From Gemmatimonadota bacterium (GTDB lineage: Bacteria > Gemmatimonadota > Gemmatimonadetes > Gemmatimonadales > GWC2-71-9): a DNA stretch of 64,000 nt. Below the pieces are notes generated by a model. The model was given only the letters and a program-made list of their open reading frames with translations. It searched no databases and had not been told where the DNA came from. The stretch lies in NCBI GenBank assembly GCA_039591655.1, contig JBDHDE010000002.1, forward strand, positions 39,995 to 103,994, in the 5' to 3' direction. A program made the translations under genes and the position numbers. Positions 39,292-49,563 of the stretch are shown here, one piece after another (within the stretch, counting starts at the first letter, position 1; every line of letters begins with the position of its first letter).

Positions 39292-40076
39292 CACCCGACC
39301 AAGGCCCAGACGATCGTGCCACCGCCTATCGCCCAACAGTATGGTGCGAAGCGATGGAAGGCACCCCGGCGCAGCAGTACTATGAGAATCCGGATGGCCC
39401 ACACGCCGGACACCAACGCGACCAGAAAACTCACCGCCAACGGGCCCACCGCCACCGGGGCACCATTGCCCGACAGATGCCCTACCTGAAGCGCCGCCGC
39501 ACCCACAATGGCCGGGATGGCCAGCAAGAAGGAGAACTCCGCGGCACGCACCGGGTCCGTCCCGTGCCACAGGCCGGCGGCCACCGTGGCCCCCGAGCGC
39601 GAGATACCCGGCAGGATAGCAGCCGCCTGCGCCACCCCTATGCCCAGCGCGCCCGCTGCAGTAGGGGCCGTTCGCCCTTGCTGCGCGATTACCCACCGTG
39701 TGCTCCACAGGATAAGCCCGGTCACCACGAAGTCCACCCCCACGACGAGCAGCGAGTCGAAAGCGCGCTCGAACACATCGGCCAGCACGAAGCCCACGAT
39801 CCCGGCGGGAACGGAGGCGAGAGCCAGGAGTCCGATGTAGCGCCACGCCGTTGCCCGCCCCCCCACGGCGTCGCGGATGAGCCCCCAGATGCGCTGGGCG
39901 TACACCAGGACGACTGCGAGCAGCGTCGCGACGTGGAGCGCCACCTCCACCACTACGCCCGGCGTGGACAGGCCGATCGCCGCCTCAGCGACGACGAGGT
40001 GGCCCGAGCTCGAGATGGGAAGGAACTCGGTGAGACCCTGCACCAGCCCCAGGAGCAACCCCTGCCAGTAAGTCAC
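39291..40076 (-). CDS. uppP: undecaprenyl-diphosphate phosphatase
   Basis: QGLTEFLPISSSGHL, PGISRSG, FSFLLAIP; start trimmed to GTG 40076. Confidence 0.96.
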   Translation of the reverse strand: MTYWQGLLLGLVQGLTEFLPISSSGHLVVAEAAIGLSTPGVVVEVALHVATLLAVVLVYAQRIWGLIRDAVGGRATAWRYIGLLALASVPAGIVGFVLADVFERAFDSLLVVGVDFVVTGLILWSTRWVIAQQGRTAPTAAGALGIGVAQAAAILPGISRSGATVAAGLWHGTDPVRAAEFSFLLAIPAIVGAAALQVGHLSGNGAPVAVGPLAVSFLVALVSGVWAIRILIVLLRRGAFHRFAPYCWAIGGGTIVWALVG

Positions 40077-41197
40077 CGGCCCAGAACCCTGGCATAGAGA
40101 GCCTCGTACCTGGGAACGACCTCGGTTGCGGCAAGCCCTCGAGCCCGCTCCACGGCCGCCGCCCGAGCAGCGGCCCACCGCTCACGCTCCAGCAGTTCCA
40201 GAGCCGCCTGCGCCATGGCATCCACATCACCCACGGGGACCAACGCCCCGGTCACACCGTGCTCCACGACCTCCGGCAGCCCGCCAACGGCGCTGGCGAC
40301 CACCGGGACCCCGCACGCCATGGCCTCGAGCGCGCTGAGCCCGAAAGACTCGGAGGAGCTGGGGAGCATAAAGAGGTCCGCCGCGCGCAAGAGATCGGCC
40401 ACGGCATCCACTTTGCCGAGGAACCGCACGTAGGGAGTCACGCCCAGGCGCTCGGCCTCCACCGCGGTGGCCTGACGCTCGGGGCCATCACCGACCAACA
40501 CCAGCACCGCCGGCACCTGCTCTCTCACCTTCGCGAAGGTGCGCACGACATCGGGGACGCGCTTGAGCTCCCGAAAGTTCGAGACGTGCATGAGCACCTT
40601 GGTATCGGCCGGCGCGAGCGCGGTGCGGCACTTCACTTCATCCGAGGGGAAGTACTCGGTCAGGTTCACGAAGTTGGGAATCACGTCGATGTGACAGGCA
40701 ACGCACCCGAACGCGGCATACGTCTCGGCGCGTAGGAATTCGGAAACGGCCGTCACGGCGTCCGACCGCTCGATGGAGAACTTGGTGACCGTGAAGAACG
40801 AGCGCTCGCGACCGACCAGCGTGATGTCGGTGCCGTGGAGCGTCGTGACGACCTTCAGCTCCCGCTGCTCACGCACCATCTCGCGCGCGAGGAATGCCGC
40901 CGTGGCGTGGGGCACCGCATAGTGCACGTGCAGGATGTCCAGCTCCTCGCGCAGCGCGACCTCTTCCTGCGTCACCGCCAGGGCCAGGGAGTAGGGAAAG
41001 TACTCCAGCAGCGGGTAGGTGCCGCTGAGATCCACCTCGTGGAAGTACACGTTCTCGGCGAAGCCCCGCAGGCGGAAGGGGGAGGCGTAAGAGATGAAGT
41101 GGATCTCATGCCCCCGGCGCGCCAGGTCCAGGCCGAGCTCGGTCGCGACGGCGCCCGAGCCTCCGTAGGTCGGATAACAGGTGATCCCTATGCGCAT
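40073..41197 (-). CDS. bshA: N-acetylglucosaminyl L-malate synthase (bacillithiol biosynthesis)
   Basis: MRIGITCYPTYGGSG, HVHYAVPHA, TTLHGTDITLVG, HVSNFRELKR, ESFGLSALEA. Confidence 0.93.
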   Translation of the reverse strand: MRIGITCYPTYGGSGAVATELGLDLARRGHEIHFISYASPFRLRGFAENVYFHEVDLSGTYPLLEYFPYSLALAVTQEEVALREELDILHVHYAVPHATAAFLAREMVREQRELKVVTTLHGTDITLVGRERSFFTVTKFSIERSDAVTAVSEFLRAETYAAFGCVACHIDVIPNFVNLTEYFPSDEVKCRTALAPADTKVLMHVSNFRELKRVPDVVRTFAKVREQVPAVLVLVGDGPERQATAVEAERLGVTPYVRFLGKVDAVADLLRAADLFMLPSSSESFGLSALEAMACGVPVVASAVGGLPEVVEHGVTGALVPVGDVDAMAQAALELLERERWAAARAAAVERARGLAATEVVPRYEALYARVLGR

Positions 41198-42120
41198 CAG
41201 TCGACTTGCTCTCCCCATAGTTGCGCGATGCGATCCGCCAGCGCGTCGGCCGGCTGCGTGGCATCGAGCGTCGTGACTTCATGCCCTACGAGCTGGTGCC
41301 GGAACCAAGTTTCTTGCCGCTTGGCGTAGCGCCGCGTCGCCACCATGACTGCCTCGGCCAGCCCCTCGTCCGCCAACTCCCCCTGGAGATGCCGCACGAC
41401 TTCGCGATACCCTACCGCGTCGAGGCCGGGGGCGTCCGGCGCCACCCCCCGATCCAGCACTGTCTGCACCTCCTTCACCCACCCCGCGCCCAGCATCACA
41501 TGAACCCGCTCCTCGATGCGGCGGCGCAGGATCGCCCTGGGAACAGTGAGGCGCACGTACCAGGGCCGCATCGCTCCCTCCGCCTTGGCCTTGCGCTGCC
41601 ACCATGTGAGCGGTCGGCCCGTGAGCAGGGCAACCTCCACCGCCCGGGCGGCTCGCTGCCGTCCACCACCAGTGTACCCCGGATCGAGTCGCGCCGCCCA
41701 CCGGCCCAGGCCTTCGGCCTGGCGCGCCCAGCGACGCAACCGGTCGCGCCGGTCGATGCCCAGCGGCGGCTCATGAAACAGTCCGTCGGCCAGAGCGCGA
41801 ACATAGAACCCCGTGCCGCCCACGACCACCGGCTGGCGTCTGCTGTCGAGATCGCTCAGCCAAGCTGCGGCGTCTGCCGCGAATCGTCCGGCACTGTAGC
41901 GCTCGCCGGGCTCTACCAGATCGATCCCGAGATGAGGCACGCGGCTGCGCTCCGCCGCCGTCGGCTTCGCGGTGCCGATGTCGAGCCCTTTGTACACCTG
42001 ACGGGAGTCGGCCGAGATTGCCACCAGCGGCCAATGCTGGGCGAGGGCCAGCACCACCGCCGTCTTCCCCACGGCCGTGGGGCCGACGACAACCGGCACC
42101 AGCGGCCTAGGTTCGGCCAA
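41197..42120 (-). CDS. miaA: tRNA dimethylallyltransferase
   Basis: GPTAVGKT, DSRQVY, DIGTAKP, VGGTGFY, TRRYAKRQ.TWF. Confidence 0.96.
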   Translation of the reverse strand: MAEPRPLVPVVVGPTAVGKTAVVLALAQHWPLVAISADSRQVYKGLDIGTAKPTAAERSRVPHLGIDLVEPGERYSAGRFAADAAAWLSDLDSRRQPVVVGGTGFYVRALADGLFHEPPLGIDRRDRLRRWARQAEGLGRWAARLDPGYTGGGRQRAARAVEVALLTGRPLTWWQRKAKAEGAMRPWYVRLTVPRAILRRRIEERVHVMLGAGWVKEVQTVLDRGVAPDAPGLDAVGYREVVRHLQGELADEGLAEAVMVATRRYAKRQETWFRHQLVGHEVTTLDATQPADALADRIAQLWGEQVD

Positions 42121-43813
42121 AGCGGCGTCCCACCTCGGTCCTCGAGAGTATCACCATCGCCGGACGCCCGTGCACGTCGTGGGGCGGGAGCTCGCAGGCA
42201 AGCAGGCGCTGGATGAGCTCCTGCATCTCGACCGGGTCCAGGACCTGGCCGGCCTTGACCGCCGCGCGGCATCCATAGGTCGCCGCAAACCGCTCCAGCC
42301 GATTGCTCAGACCTCCCAACCGCCCCTGGGCGAGGTCGCCCACGAGCTCCTCGAAGCAGCGCCCGGCATCGAAGCGGGGGTGGGGGTTGGGCACGGCGTG
42401 CAGCACGACCGACCGACCCCCGAATGGCTCCACCTCGTAGCCCAGGCTGGTGAAGAGATCCCGGTGGGCGTCCACCGCCTCGAGCTCCTGCGGCGCCAGA
42501 TCCACCGTCAGAGGAAGCAAGAGCCGTTGCGCCACGGCCGCACCAGCGGCGAGCTGTGCCATGGCCTGCTCGTAGAGTACCCGCTCGTGCGCCGAGTGCT
42601 GGTCCACTACAGCCAGTCCTTCAGGGGTCTCGAACACAATGTAGGTGTTGAAGACCTGGAGGAGTGGACGCGACTCCGGCGGCGCGAACAGCGGCTCCGC
42701 CACCCCCAGCAGCGACTGCACCTCGCCCTCGACGTGCTCACGGGCCGCCTCGGCCCGCACCGTCGCCTCGCGCACCGCGGGGGCCCCAGGCGTCACATGC
42801 CTACTGCCGGCCACGGCCGCGGCCGCCACCGGCCGGAGGGCCGCCCGGACTCCCTCCTCGACCACGCGCTCCACGAACACCTTGTCGCGGAAACGCACCT
42901 CCAGTTTCGCCGGGTGGACGTTGACGTCCACGCGATCCCCGGGCACGTGGAGCGCGAGGAACAGTGAGGGCCGAACCCCCTGAGGGATCGTCGCGCGGTA
43001 TCCAGCTTCAGCCGCGCGCACGATGAAGGGGTTACGAAAGGGACGGCCGTTGACGAAGAGGTAGGCGCGGCGTCCGCTGCGGCGGGCAGCGGCCGGTCGT
43101 TGTACCAGGCCCCGCACCGTGGCGTAGCCGTCGTTGTGCTCCACGGGCACGAGCTGCTCGGCCAGCTCGCGCCCGAACAGCGCTGCGATCCGATCCGCCA
43201 CGCTCGCTACGCGGGGCGCTTCCGTCACGCGACGGCCATCACTGGTCAGGACGAACGAGACGTCCAGCCGCGCGAGGGCGAGCACGGCCAACGCCTCGAC
43301 GGCCGCACGGGTCTCGCTGCGGGCCGAGCGCAAGAACTTGCGCCGGGCCGGCGTCTTGGCGAAGAGCCTCCGCACGACGACCGTGGTCCCCCGGGTGCGT
43401 GCCACGTCCTCCACGGACTCGAGCCGTCCGCCCCGTACGGCAATCCGCACCCCCGTCCCGCCTTCGGCCGCCGCCGTCTCGAGCTCGAACACCGAGACGG
43501 CGGCAATGGCCGCCAGCGCCTCGCCGCGGAACCCGTAGGTCGGCACACCGATCAGCTCCGTGGCTGAGCGGATCTTCGAGGTGGCGTGGCGATCGATTGC
43601 GAGCACGGCGTCATCCCGGTCCATCCCGGCGCCGTCGTCGCCCACCCGGATGAGCGACTTGCCGCCGTCTTCCAGCTCCACGGTGACGTTGTGCGCCCCG
43701 GCGTCCAAGGCGTTCTCCACCAGCTCCTTGACGACCGACGCGGGACGTTCGACGACCTCGCCGGCGGCGATCTGATCGATCACCACCGTGGGAAGGATTG
43801 CGATGCGGCCCAC
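42107..43813 (-). CDS. mutL: DNA mismatch repair endonuclease MutL
   Basis: IAAGEVVERPASVVKELVENALDAG, RHATSKI, GFRGEAL, DVNVHPAK, DQHSAHERVLYE. Confidence 0.97.
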   Translation of the reverse strand: MGRIAILPTVVIDQIAAGEVVERPASVVKELVENALDAGAHNVTVELEDGGKSLIRVGDDGAGMDRDDAVLAIDRHATSKIRSATELIGVPTYGFRGEALAAIAAVSVFELETAAAEGGTGVRIAVRGGRLESVEDVARTRGTTVVVRRLFAKTPARRKFLRSARSETRAAVEALAVLALARLDVSFVLTSDGRRVTEAPRVASVADRIAALFGRELAEQLVPVEHNDGYATVRGLVQRPAAARRSGRRAYLFVNGRPFRNPFIVRAAEAGYRATIPQGVRPSLFLALHVPGDRVDVNVHPAKLEVRFRDKVFVERVVEEGVRAALRPVAAAAVAGSRHVTPGAPAVREATVRAEAAREHVEGEVQSLLGVAEPLFAPPESRPLLQVFNTYIVFETPEGLAVVDQHSAHERVLYEQAMAQLAAGAAVAQRLLLPLTVDLAPQELEAVDAHRDLFTSLGYEVEPFGGRSVVLHAVPNPHPRFDAGRCFEELVGDLAQGRLGGLSNRLERFAATYGCRAAVKAGQVLDPVEMQELIQRLLACELPPHDVHGRPAMVILSRTEVGRRFGRT

Positions 43814-46158
43814 TAGAGGGGCACCACCTCAGTGCGGAGCAGCCACCCCTGCACGACCCCGTCGCTCACCAGCACCCACGCTCCGTGCTCCCTCTGGATC
43901 AGCACCCCGGTGCCGGCGCCGAGCTCCCGCTCCGACGGCGCCGGGCCGTAGGGAGCCGCACGCAACGCAGTGCCATCCAGCATGACGAGGGCCACCGGCC
44001 TCGCGTAGCGAGAGGCGAAGGCGGCGCCGTAGCCAGCCACCAGCGCCGCCAGCACGAGCACCGGGACGGCACGGCGCACCGGTGTCCGAAGGGCGAGCAG
44101 CACCCAGCCCAGCACCCACAACCCCGCGGCCGCGGCCAGGGCCTCGCCCGGCGTCACGGGCGCTACGAAGGTGAGCCCGCCCGGCGGGGCATCCGGCGGG
44201 GCGCCCGTCTGGAGAGCCCGCCTGACCGTCTCGTCACGCGGAGTCAGCCGAGCTGCGCGGAGCCAGGCCGCTCTGGCGCGCACGTCTTCGCCGAGGCGGT
44301 CCAGAGCCGCACCGAGATTGTACCAGTGAGCCGCTGCGTAAGGGGTCGCGCGGGCCCGGGTGGCGAAACTATCGGCCGCGGGGCGCACTGCCCCAGCGTC
44401 GTACAGTCGCGCGGGCGACTGCCCATCGGCCGGCCCGGCCGAAACGAGCACCGCCAGCGCGAGGGCCAAGGCCGCCAGTGCAGTGCGCACCTTGCCCGTT
44501 CCTCCTCGCAGCGCCCGCAGCACCTCCTGCACCTCCGCGGTGAGCTCCTCGGGATCGGTGGAGCCTTCCGGGCCGTAGAGCGCCTGGCGCAGGCGGTCGC
44601 GCACCCGGGCTGCGTGTGTCGCCAGAGAGTCCTCGACTCCGGCAGCGCGCAGCGCGTCGGCCAAGCCGTCGCTCACCCGAAGCCGGGTCTGTGGCACGAA
44701 GCCCTCGAGAATGTCGCGAAACTCCAACTCCAGCGTCCGCAGGGTGAGCGTCTCGACCAAGCGGGGCGCCCGTCGCGGGCGCCGCAGCCGGCGAAGCCAC
44801 CGCGTGCGAGTGCGCAGCGCGACGGCAGCCAGCGGCGGCGCGACCCCTATCACGATCCACACCCACAGGGACACACGCGTCAGCCACGCGTCGAGCGACA
44901 AACCTCCGGGCGTGAGCAGCGGCCGGACCGTCTGCACCGGCGTGATGCCGGCCAGTCCGCTGGGTGTCACGAACTCGAGTGCAGGCGCGCGAAGCTGGAC
45001 GTAGCGATCGGTGTCGATATCGAAGTAGGCGTAGCTGGTCGCCGGCACGCGATGGGTGCCGGCGGAGTCGGCCACCACGAGGTAGTCGAACACCTTCGAC
45101 CCCCCCACCAGACCGTACTCGGCGGCGATGCTCACCGTCACTTCCTGGGGATATGCCCTCAGTCCGACCGGCCAGTCGAATTCCGGCTCGGGCCAGAGCG
45201 CCACGTTTCCCTGCCCCGTGAGCACGGCCCGGACCTGCGCCGCATCCCCCAGGCGCAGCTCGCCCGGGGGCGCATCCACCTGGAACAGGAGCCCGCCGCC
45301 CGCGGCGCCCGCATAGCCGCGCACGCCGCGCGGGCGAGGCAGGGCCGCCACCCGCACGGCCCGCGGCTCGCTCTGCACCTCGTGGCGCAGCTCCCGGCTG
45401 AGGAACGAGGAGGAGACGGGTACGCTATACGACACAGTAGCGCTGCCGATCTCCATCACACCGGCGGTCAGAGGGAAGACGACCCTGTGGAGCGCGAACA
45501 GGTCGTACCACACGCCGCGCACCCGCCGACTGGTGACGATCCCCAAGGGGGCCGGTCGATCGTAGGTCCAGGCGCCGCGGATCAGGGGTGGTTCCAGTGT
45601 GGGCGGGTTCCTCAGCCGGGCGCGGATGTCCCGGGGAAACCAGGCAACTACCACGACGTCCACCTGCTGGCCCAGCACCACCGAATCGGGGCTGGTGACG
45701 ACGGCTAGGCTCACCTCGTCGGGCACCACGTCCGGAGCCGGCGCTGCTTCGACCATCCGTTCAATGCGCGGATCCAAGGCCGTGGGTGCGGCGGTCGTGG
45801 GCGCCGATACAGTGATCCGGATGGGAGCTGTCTCGGCCGTCTCCTCACCCTGCCGCACCCGCACTCGCCCGATGGTGCCGATGCCAGGCCGCAGGGCCCT
45901 CAGGGTCAGACGCCGCGTTGTGATCCGGGCCGGCACCGGGCCCTCCACGCTCACGCGGGTCTGATCCCGGGCGCTCAGCAGCTCGAGGCCGAACAGGTCG
46001 GGGTCGCCGATCTCCACGGGAGCGCTCCCGCCTGGCGCCTCCACGGTGATGGTGAGCACCAGCTCCTCACCGACCTGGACCTCCTGCCGGTCCACCTCGG
46101 CGATCACCGCCAGCTGCTGCTGCAGCATGACGGCCGCGAGCAGGAGGATGGTCACCAT
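43813..46158 (-). CDS. BatD-like protein with C-terminal BatE-like (TPR plus SH3-like) region
   Basis: Ig-like BatD repeats (VDRQEVQVGE, G.GN), internal TM, HWYNLGAA TPR-like segment, terminal GAWVLV..GWL SH3b-like end; start trimmed to ATG 46158. Confidence 0.75.
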   Translation of the reverse strand: MVTILLLAAVMLQQQLAVIAEVDRQEVQVGEELVLTITVEAPGGSAPVEIGDPDLFGLELLSARDQTRVSVEGPVPARITTRRLTLRALRPGIGTIGRVRVRQGEETAETAPIRITVSAPTTAAPTALDPRIERMVEAAPAPDVVPDEVSLAVVTSPDSVVLGQQVDVVVVAWFPRDIRARLRNPPTLEPPLIRGAWTYDRPAPLGIVTSRRVRGVWYDLFALHRVVFPLTAGVMEIGSATVSYSVPVSSSFLSRELRHEVQSEPRAVRVAALPRPRGVRGYAGAAGGGLLFQVDAPPGELRLGDAAQVRAVLTGQGNVALWPEPEFDWPVGLRAYPQEVTVSIAAEYGLVGGSKVFDYLVVADSAGTHRVPATSYAYFDIDTDRYVQLRAPALEFVTPSGLAGITPVQTVRPLLTPGGLSLDAWLTRVSLWVWIVIGVAPPLAAVALRTRTRWLRRLRRPRRAPRLVETLTLRTLELEFRDILEGFVPQTRLRVSDGLADALRAAGVEDSLATHAARVRDRLRQALYGPEGSTDPEELTAEVQEVLRALRGGTGKVRTALAALALALAVLVSAGPADGQSPARLYDAGAVRPAADSFATRARATPYAAAHWYNLGAALDRLGEDVRARAAWLRAARLTPRDETVRRALQTGAPPDAPPGGLTFVAPVTPGEALAAAAGLWVLGWVLLALRTPVRRAVPVLVLAALVAGYGAAFASRYARPVALVMLDGTALRAAPYGPAPSERELGAGTGVLIQREHGAWVLVSDGVVQGWLLRTEVVPL

Positions 46159-47771
46159 TCCTTGCGCCCCCTGGTCTCCCGCTCCCGGGCCTGGCGCTGC
46201 AGCTGCCGGGCGCGGGTGCGGCGCTCTTCCTCGGCCATGGAGTTGAGGATCTGCTGTGCCTGGGCCGGCGAGAGTCCTTCGGGCGGTGGCTCGCTGGGCG
46301 GCGGCTCGCCACCCTCGCCGCCTCCGGAGGGAGGTGGCCCCGCAGCGTCCTGGGCCGGCATCCGACGGATTGTCAGCTCGAGGTTCCACTTGGCCGCATC
46401 GTGCCCCGGCTCCAGCAGCAGTGCCTCCCGATAGTGGCCTGCGGCCGCAGCGAGATGCTGGGCCGCGCGGCCCGAGTCCCGCTCGGCCTGACGTAGTCTC
46501 AGCAGACCGAGGTTGTACAGCGCGCGGAACCGGAGCTCCGGCTCCATAGAGGTGGCCGCGCGCTCCAGGGCGTGCTGGGCCAGGGTCGTGTCGTCCAGGG
46601 TCAAGGCCGCCGTCCCCAGGTTGAACCAGGCGGTGTCACCCCCTTCGCCGTCCTGCACTTGGGCCATGTATTGCTCCGCCGCCTCACGGAAAGCCCCCCG
46701 GGCCCACGCTCGATCCCCCTCGTTGGCCGTACCCTGGGCCTGAGCGTCGCGCCCCGGCCACAAGAGCAGCAGCAACGACACGAGAGCCAGCGAACGGCGG
46801 GTGAAGGTGTGGAGTAAGAGCAACACCGTCCCGGCGAGCAGTGGAATCCAGGCGCGGGAGATGTCCTCGGCCGCCGTCGAGGTAGCCTGCGGCGAGCGCT
46901 TGTACGCCGCCACCAGCTCGCGCACGGCCCCCGCCTGGTCGCCCAGCTGCGCTGCCACCAGCACTCCCTGAGCGGCATCGGCCACGGCCGTGAGTATATC
47001 GTCCCGCCTGCCCGTGGCCACAACTTCGCCCATGGGGTCGCGCTGGTAGCCGATCAGGGTTCCATCGACATCCCGCACCGGGATCGGCACCGGCTCGACC
47101 CCTCCCTCGGACACGACCACGAGCCGCACGCGCTCGCGGCGCAGCCGCTCGGCGGCGCTCACGATGGCCGCCAGCGAATCGTGGGCCTCGCCGTCGGTGA
47201 ACACCACCAGGACCCGATCCGCCACGGGATCGCCGGCGAACAGGAGCTCCCTCCCCTGCGACAGCATCGCATTGAACTCTGTCCCGCCCGCGCTCGTGAG
47301 GTCGGGATCCAGCGCGTCGATCAGCAGGTGCAGCGCGCCCCCATCCACGGTGAGCGGCGACAGCACGAAGCTCTGCCCCGCAAACGCGATGAGGCCCACC
47401 CGGTCGCCCCCCAGGTCGTGCACCAGCCGTCGTGCCTGCCGCTTGGCCCGCTCCAGGCGGGACGGGGCCACATCCTCCGCTAGCATCGAGCGGGAGATGT
47501 CCACCGCGATTACGAGATTGAGTCCCTTGGTCTCGGCCGTGACGACCCGACTGCCCCACCGCGGGCCGGCCAGGGCCCCTGCCGCTGCCACCGCCACGAG
47601 CCCCAGGACGAGCGGGCTCAGGCGCCCCATCCGGGCGGCCCGGGTAGCGAACGCCGCCGACCAGCGCCGGGCCCTACCCACCCGGACGGCCCTGCCCCAC
47701 CAGGCGAGGGCCGCCCCCAGTGCCCCTATCGCCGGGGCCAGCCAGATGAGCAGCGGCTGGTCGAAGCTCAT
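46152..47771 (-). CDS. BatB-type VWA protein fused to a BatC-type TPR region
   Basis: DISRSM (MIDAS), GLIAFAG, FTDGE, WFNLG, LYNLG, AKWNLE, Pro/Gln tail ending KEW. Confidence 0.85.
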   Translation of the reverse strand: MSFDQPLLIWLAPAIGALGAALAWWGRAVRVGRARRWSAAFATRAARMGRLSPLVLGLVAVAAAGALAGPRWGSRVVTAETKGLNLVIAVDISRSMLAEDVAPSRLERAKRQARRLVHDLGGDRVGLIAFAGQSFVLSPLTVDGGALHLLIDALDPDLTSAGGTEFNAMLSQGRELLFAGDPVADRVLVVFTDGEAHDSLAAIVSAAERLRRERVRLVVVSEGGVEPVPIPVRDVDGTLIGYQRDPMGEVVATGRRDDILTAVADAAQGVLVAAQLGDQAGAVRELVAAYKRSPQATSTAAEDISRAWIPLLAGTVLLLLHTFTRRSLALVSLLLLLWPGRDAQAQGTANEGDRAWARGAFREAAEQYMAQVQDGEGGDTAWFNLGTAALTLDDTTLAQHALERAATSMEPELRFRALYNLGLLRLRQAERDSGRAAQHLAAAAGHYREALLLEPGHDAAKWNLELTIRRMPAQDAAGPPPSGGGEGGEPPPSEPPPEGLSPAQAQQILNSMAEEERRTRARQLQRQARERETRGRKEW

Positions 47772-48751
47772 CACGGCACCCGCACGACAACCGTGGCCGC
47801 CAGCACCAGTTCCAGCGCTAACGCCCCGATCCCCACGAAGAGGGGCAGGTGGAAGGCCTCGTTGTACTGCGTGTAGCGCGTCACCACGACGGGGGTCTTC
47901 TCCAGGCGATCGATCTGCTGGAAGATGCGGTTGAGCGCCTCCGGGTCGGTGGCGCGAAAGTACCGCCCACCGGTGATCCGGGCGATGTCCTCGAGCAGCT
48001 CCTCGTCGATCCGCACGGGCAGCGTCTGATACCGCAGCTGTCCCTGGGTCCCCCGCCCGATAGGCATGGGTGCCTCACCCTCGGTCCCGACCCCCACGGT
48101 GTATATCCGGATCCCGAACTGCGCCGCGGCCTCGGCCGCGGTGCGGGGATCCAGCATGCCCCTGGTGTTCTCCCCGTCGGTCAGCAGCACCGCGACTTTG
48201 CTCGCGCCCGGCGCCCGACGCAGGCGGTTGGCCGCTGTCCCGATGGCGGTACCGATGGCCGTGCCGTCCTCGAGCTCTCCCACCCGAAGGCCCCGCACCG
48301 CCTGCTCCAGCACCGTGTAGTCCACTGTGATTGGCACGCGGGTGAGCGCCTCGCCGGCGAAGGCCACCAGGCCGATGCGATCGAACTCGCGTCCCGAAAC
48401 GAACGCCACGGACTGCTCCTTGGCCACGTCGAGACGGTTCGACGGCGCGAAGTCTTCGGCAAGCATGCTGCTGGACACGTCCACCGCCAGTACGATGGCG
48501 ATTCCCTCGCTGGTGGTGTCCGTGGAGGAGATCCCGTACTCGGGCCCTGCTGCCGCCACGATCCAGGCAGCCAGCGCCAGGGTCCGGAGTGCCGCGGGGA
48601 CCCCCGCGAGCCAGCGTCGCCTGGTGCGCGCCGCTCGGAGCTGCCGGGCGTCACTGTAGGACGCCACCGGGGGCGGGCGGCGGTGGCGGCGCCACCACCA
48701 CAGCGGGAGCGCCAGGAGCAGCAGCAGGACTAGGGGGCGCGCGAAGATCAT
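47771..48751 (-). CDS. batA: BatA-type VWA membrane protein
   Basis: DVSSSM, DRIGLVAFAG, GTAIG, LLTDGEN, IYTVGVG, TGGRYFRA; start trimmed to ATG 48751. Confidence 0.88.
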   Translation of the reverse strand: MIFARPLVLLLLLALPLWWWRRHRRPPPVASYSDARQLRAARTRRRWLAGVPAALRTLALAAWIVAAAGPEYGISSTDTTSEGIAIVLAVDVSSSMLAEDFAPSNRLDVAKEQSVAFVSGREFDRIGLVAFAGEALTRVPITVDYTVLEQAVRGLRVGELEDGTAIGTAIGTAANRLRRAPGASKVAVLLTDGENTRGMLDPRTAAEAAAQFGIRIYTVGVGTEGEAPMPIGRGTQGQLRYQTLPVRIDEELLEDIARITGGRYFRATDPEALNRIFQQIDRLEKTPVVVTRYTQYNEAFHLPLFVGIGALALELVLAATVVVRVP

Positions 48752-49563
48752 GACTCCAGCCGCTCTGCCAACCGCTCCGCCTGTTCCACCAGCTCCACGA
48801 CGTCGCTCGGCACAGCCGGGGAGAATCGGGCCCGCTCCAGGGCCCGCAGCAACTCGCTGAGGTCTCTCAAGGGCCAGTCCACCTCGGCGGCCCGCAGCAC
48901 CTCGAGGCACTCCTCGGTGTCCAGGTGGCGCCCGGCCTGGGGAACAAGCTCCGCGATGAGGCCCCGCATGGCGTCAGCGGTCACCGCTGCCACCGCCCGG
49001 GGCTCGCCGGCCGACATCCAGCGGTCCACCGGGGCAGGCGGACGCGCCACTGCAGCCGGATCATCCGGCGCGACCGGGCCGGGCCGGCGCCTGGCCGCGC
49101 CCCATGCCACCGTACCCAGGAGCACGGCGCACGTCATGACGATGAGCGGCAGCGGCGTCCTCGCGGCCCTGGTCACGGGCGCCAGGGCCGGCAGCGCCGG
49201 CGGCACGTGGTCGTCGGCCGGAAGCACGCTGGCCACGGTGATCCACGCGGTGTCCCCGAGCACCGTCTCCACTCGCCCGTCGGGATACAGCAGCTCCGCG
49301 CTGGGCATTGGGATCGCGTGCTCGCCGGGCTGGAACAGCGCCACGGTATAGAGGATCGTCAACGCGCCCTCGGCATAGGCCGCCCGAGGGGGGCTGAGCG
49401 GCTCCAGCAGGGGTGAGGCATCCAGCGTCTGGAGCCTCGCCTGCACGTCCGGCGGGGCGGAGAGACGCCGCACCAACCGCACCGTATCCCCCACGGTAGC
49501 GGCACCGGGCGCCGCCGACCACACTGGCGCCTGCAGCGCGATCAGGAGCAGCAGATATGTCAC
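48748..49563 (-). CDS. Bat-operon single-pass membrane protein
   Basis: Ig-like N-terminus, TM, C-terminal T.E and RARF motifs; lies between DUF58 and batA. Confidence 0.7.
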   Translation of the reverse strand: MTYLLLLIALQAPVWSAAPGAATVGDTVRLVRRLSAPPDVQARLQTLDASPLLEPLSPPRAAYAEGALTILYTVALFQPGEHAIPMPSAELLYPDGRVETVLGDTAWITVASVLPADDHVPPALPALAPVTRAARTPLPLIVMTCAVLLGTVAWGAARRRPGPVAPDDPAAVARPPAPVDRWMSAGEPRAVAAVTADAMRGLIAELVPQAGRHLDTEECLEVLRAAEVDWPLRDLSELLRALERARFSPAVPSDVVELVEQAERLAERLES

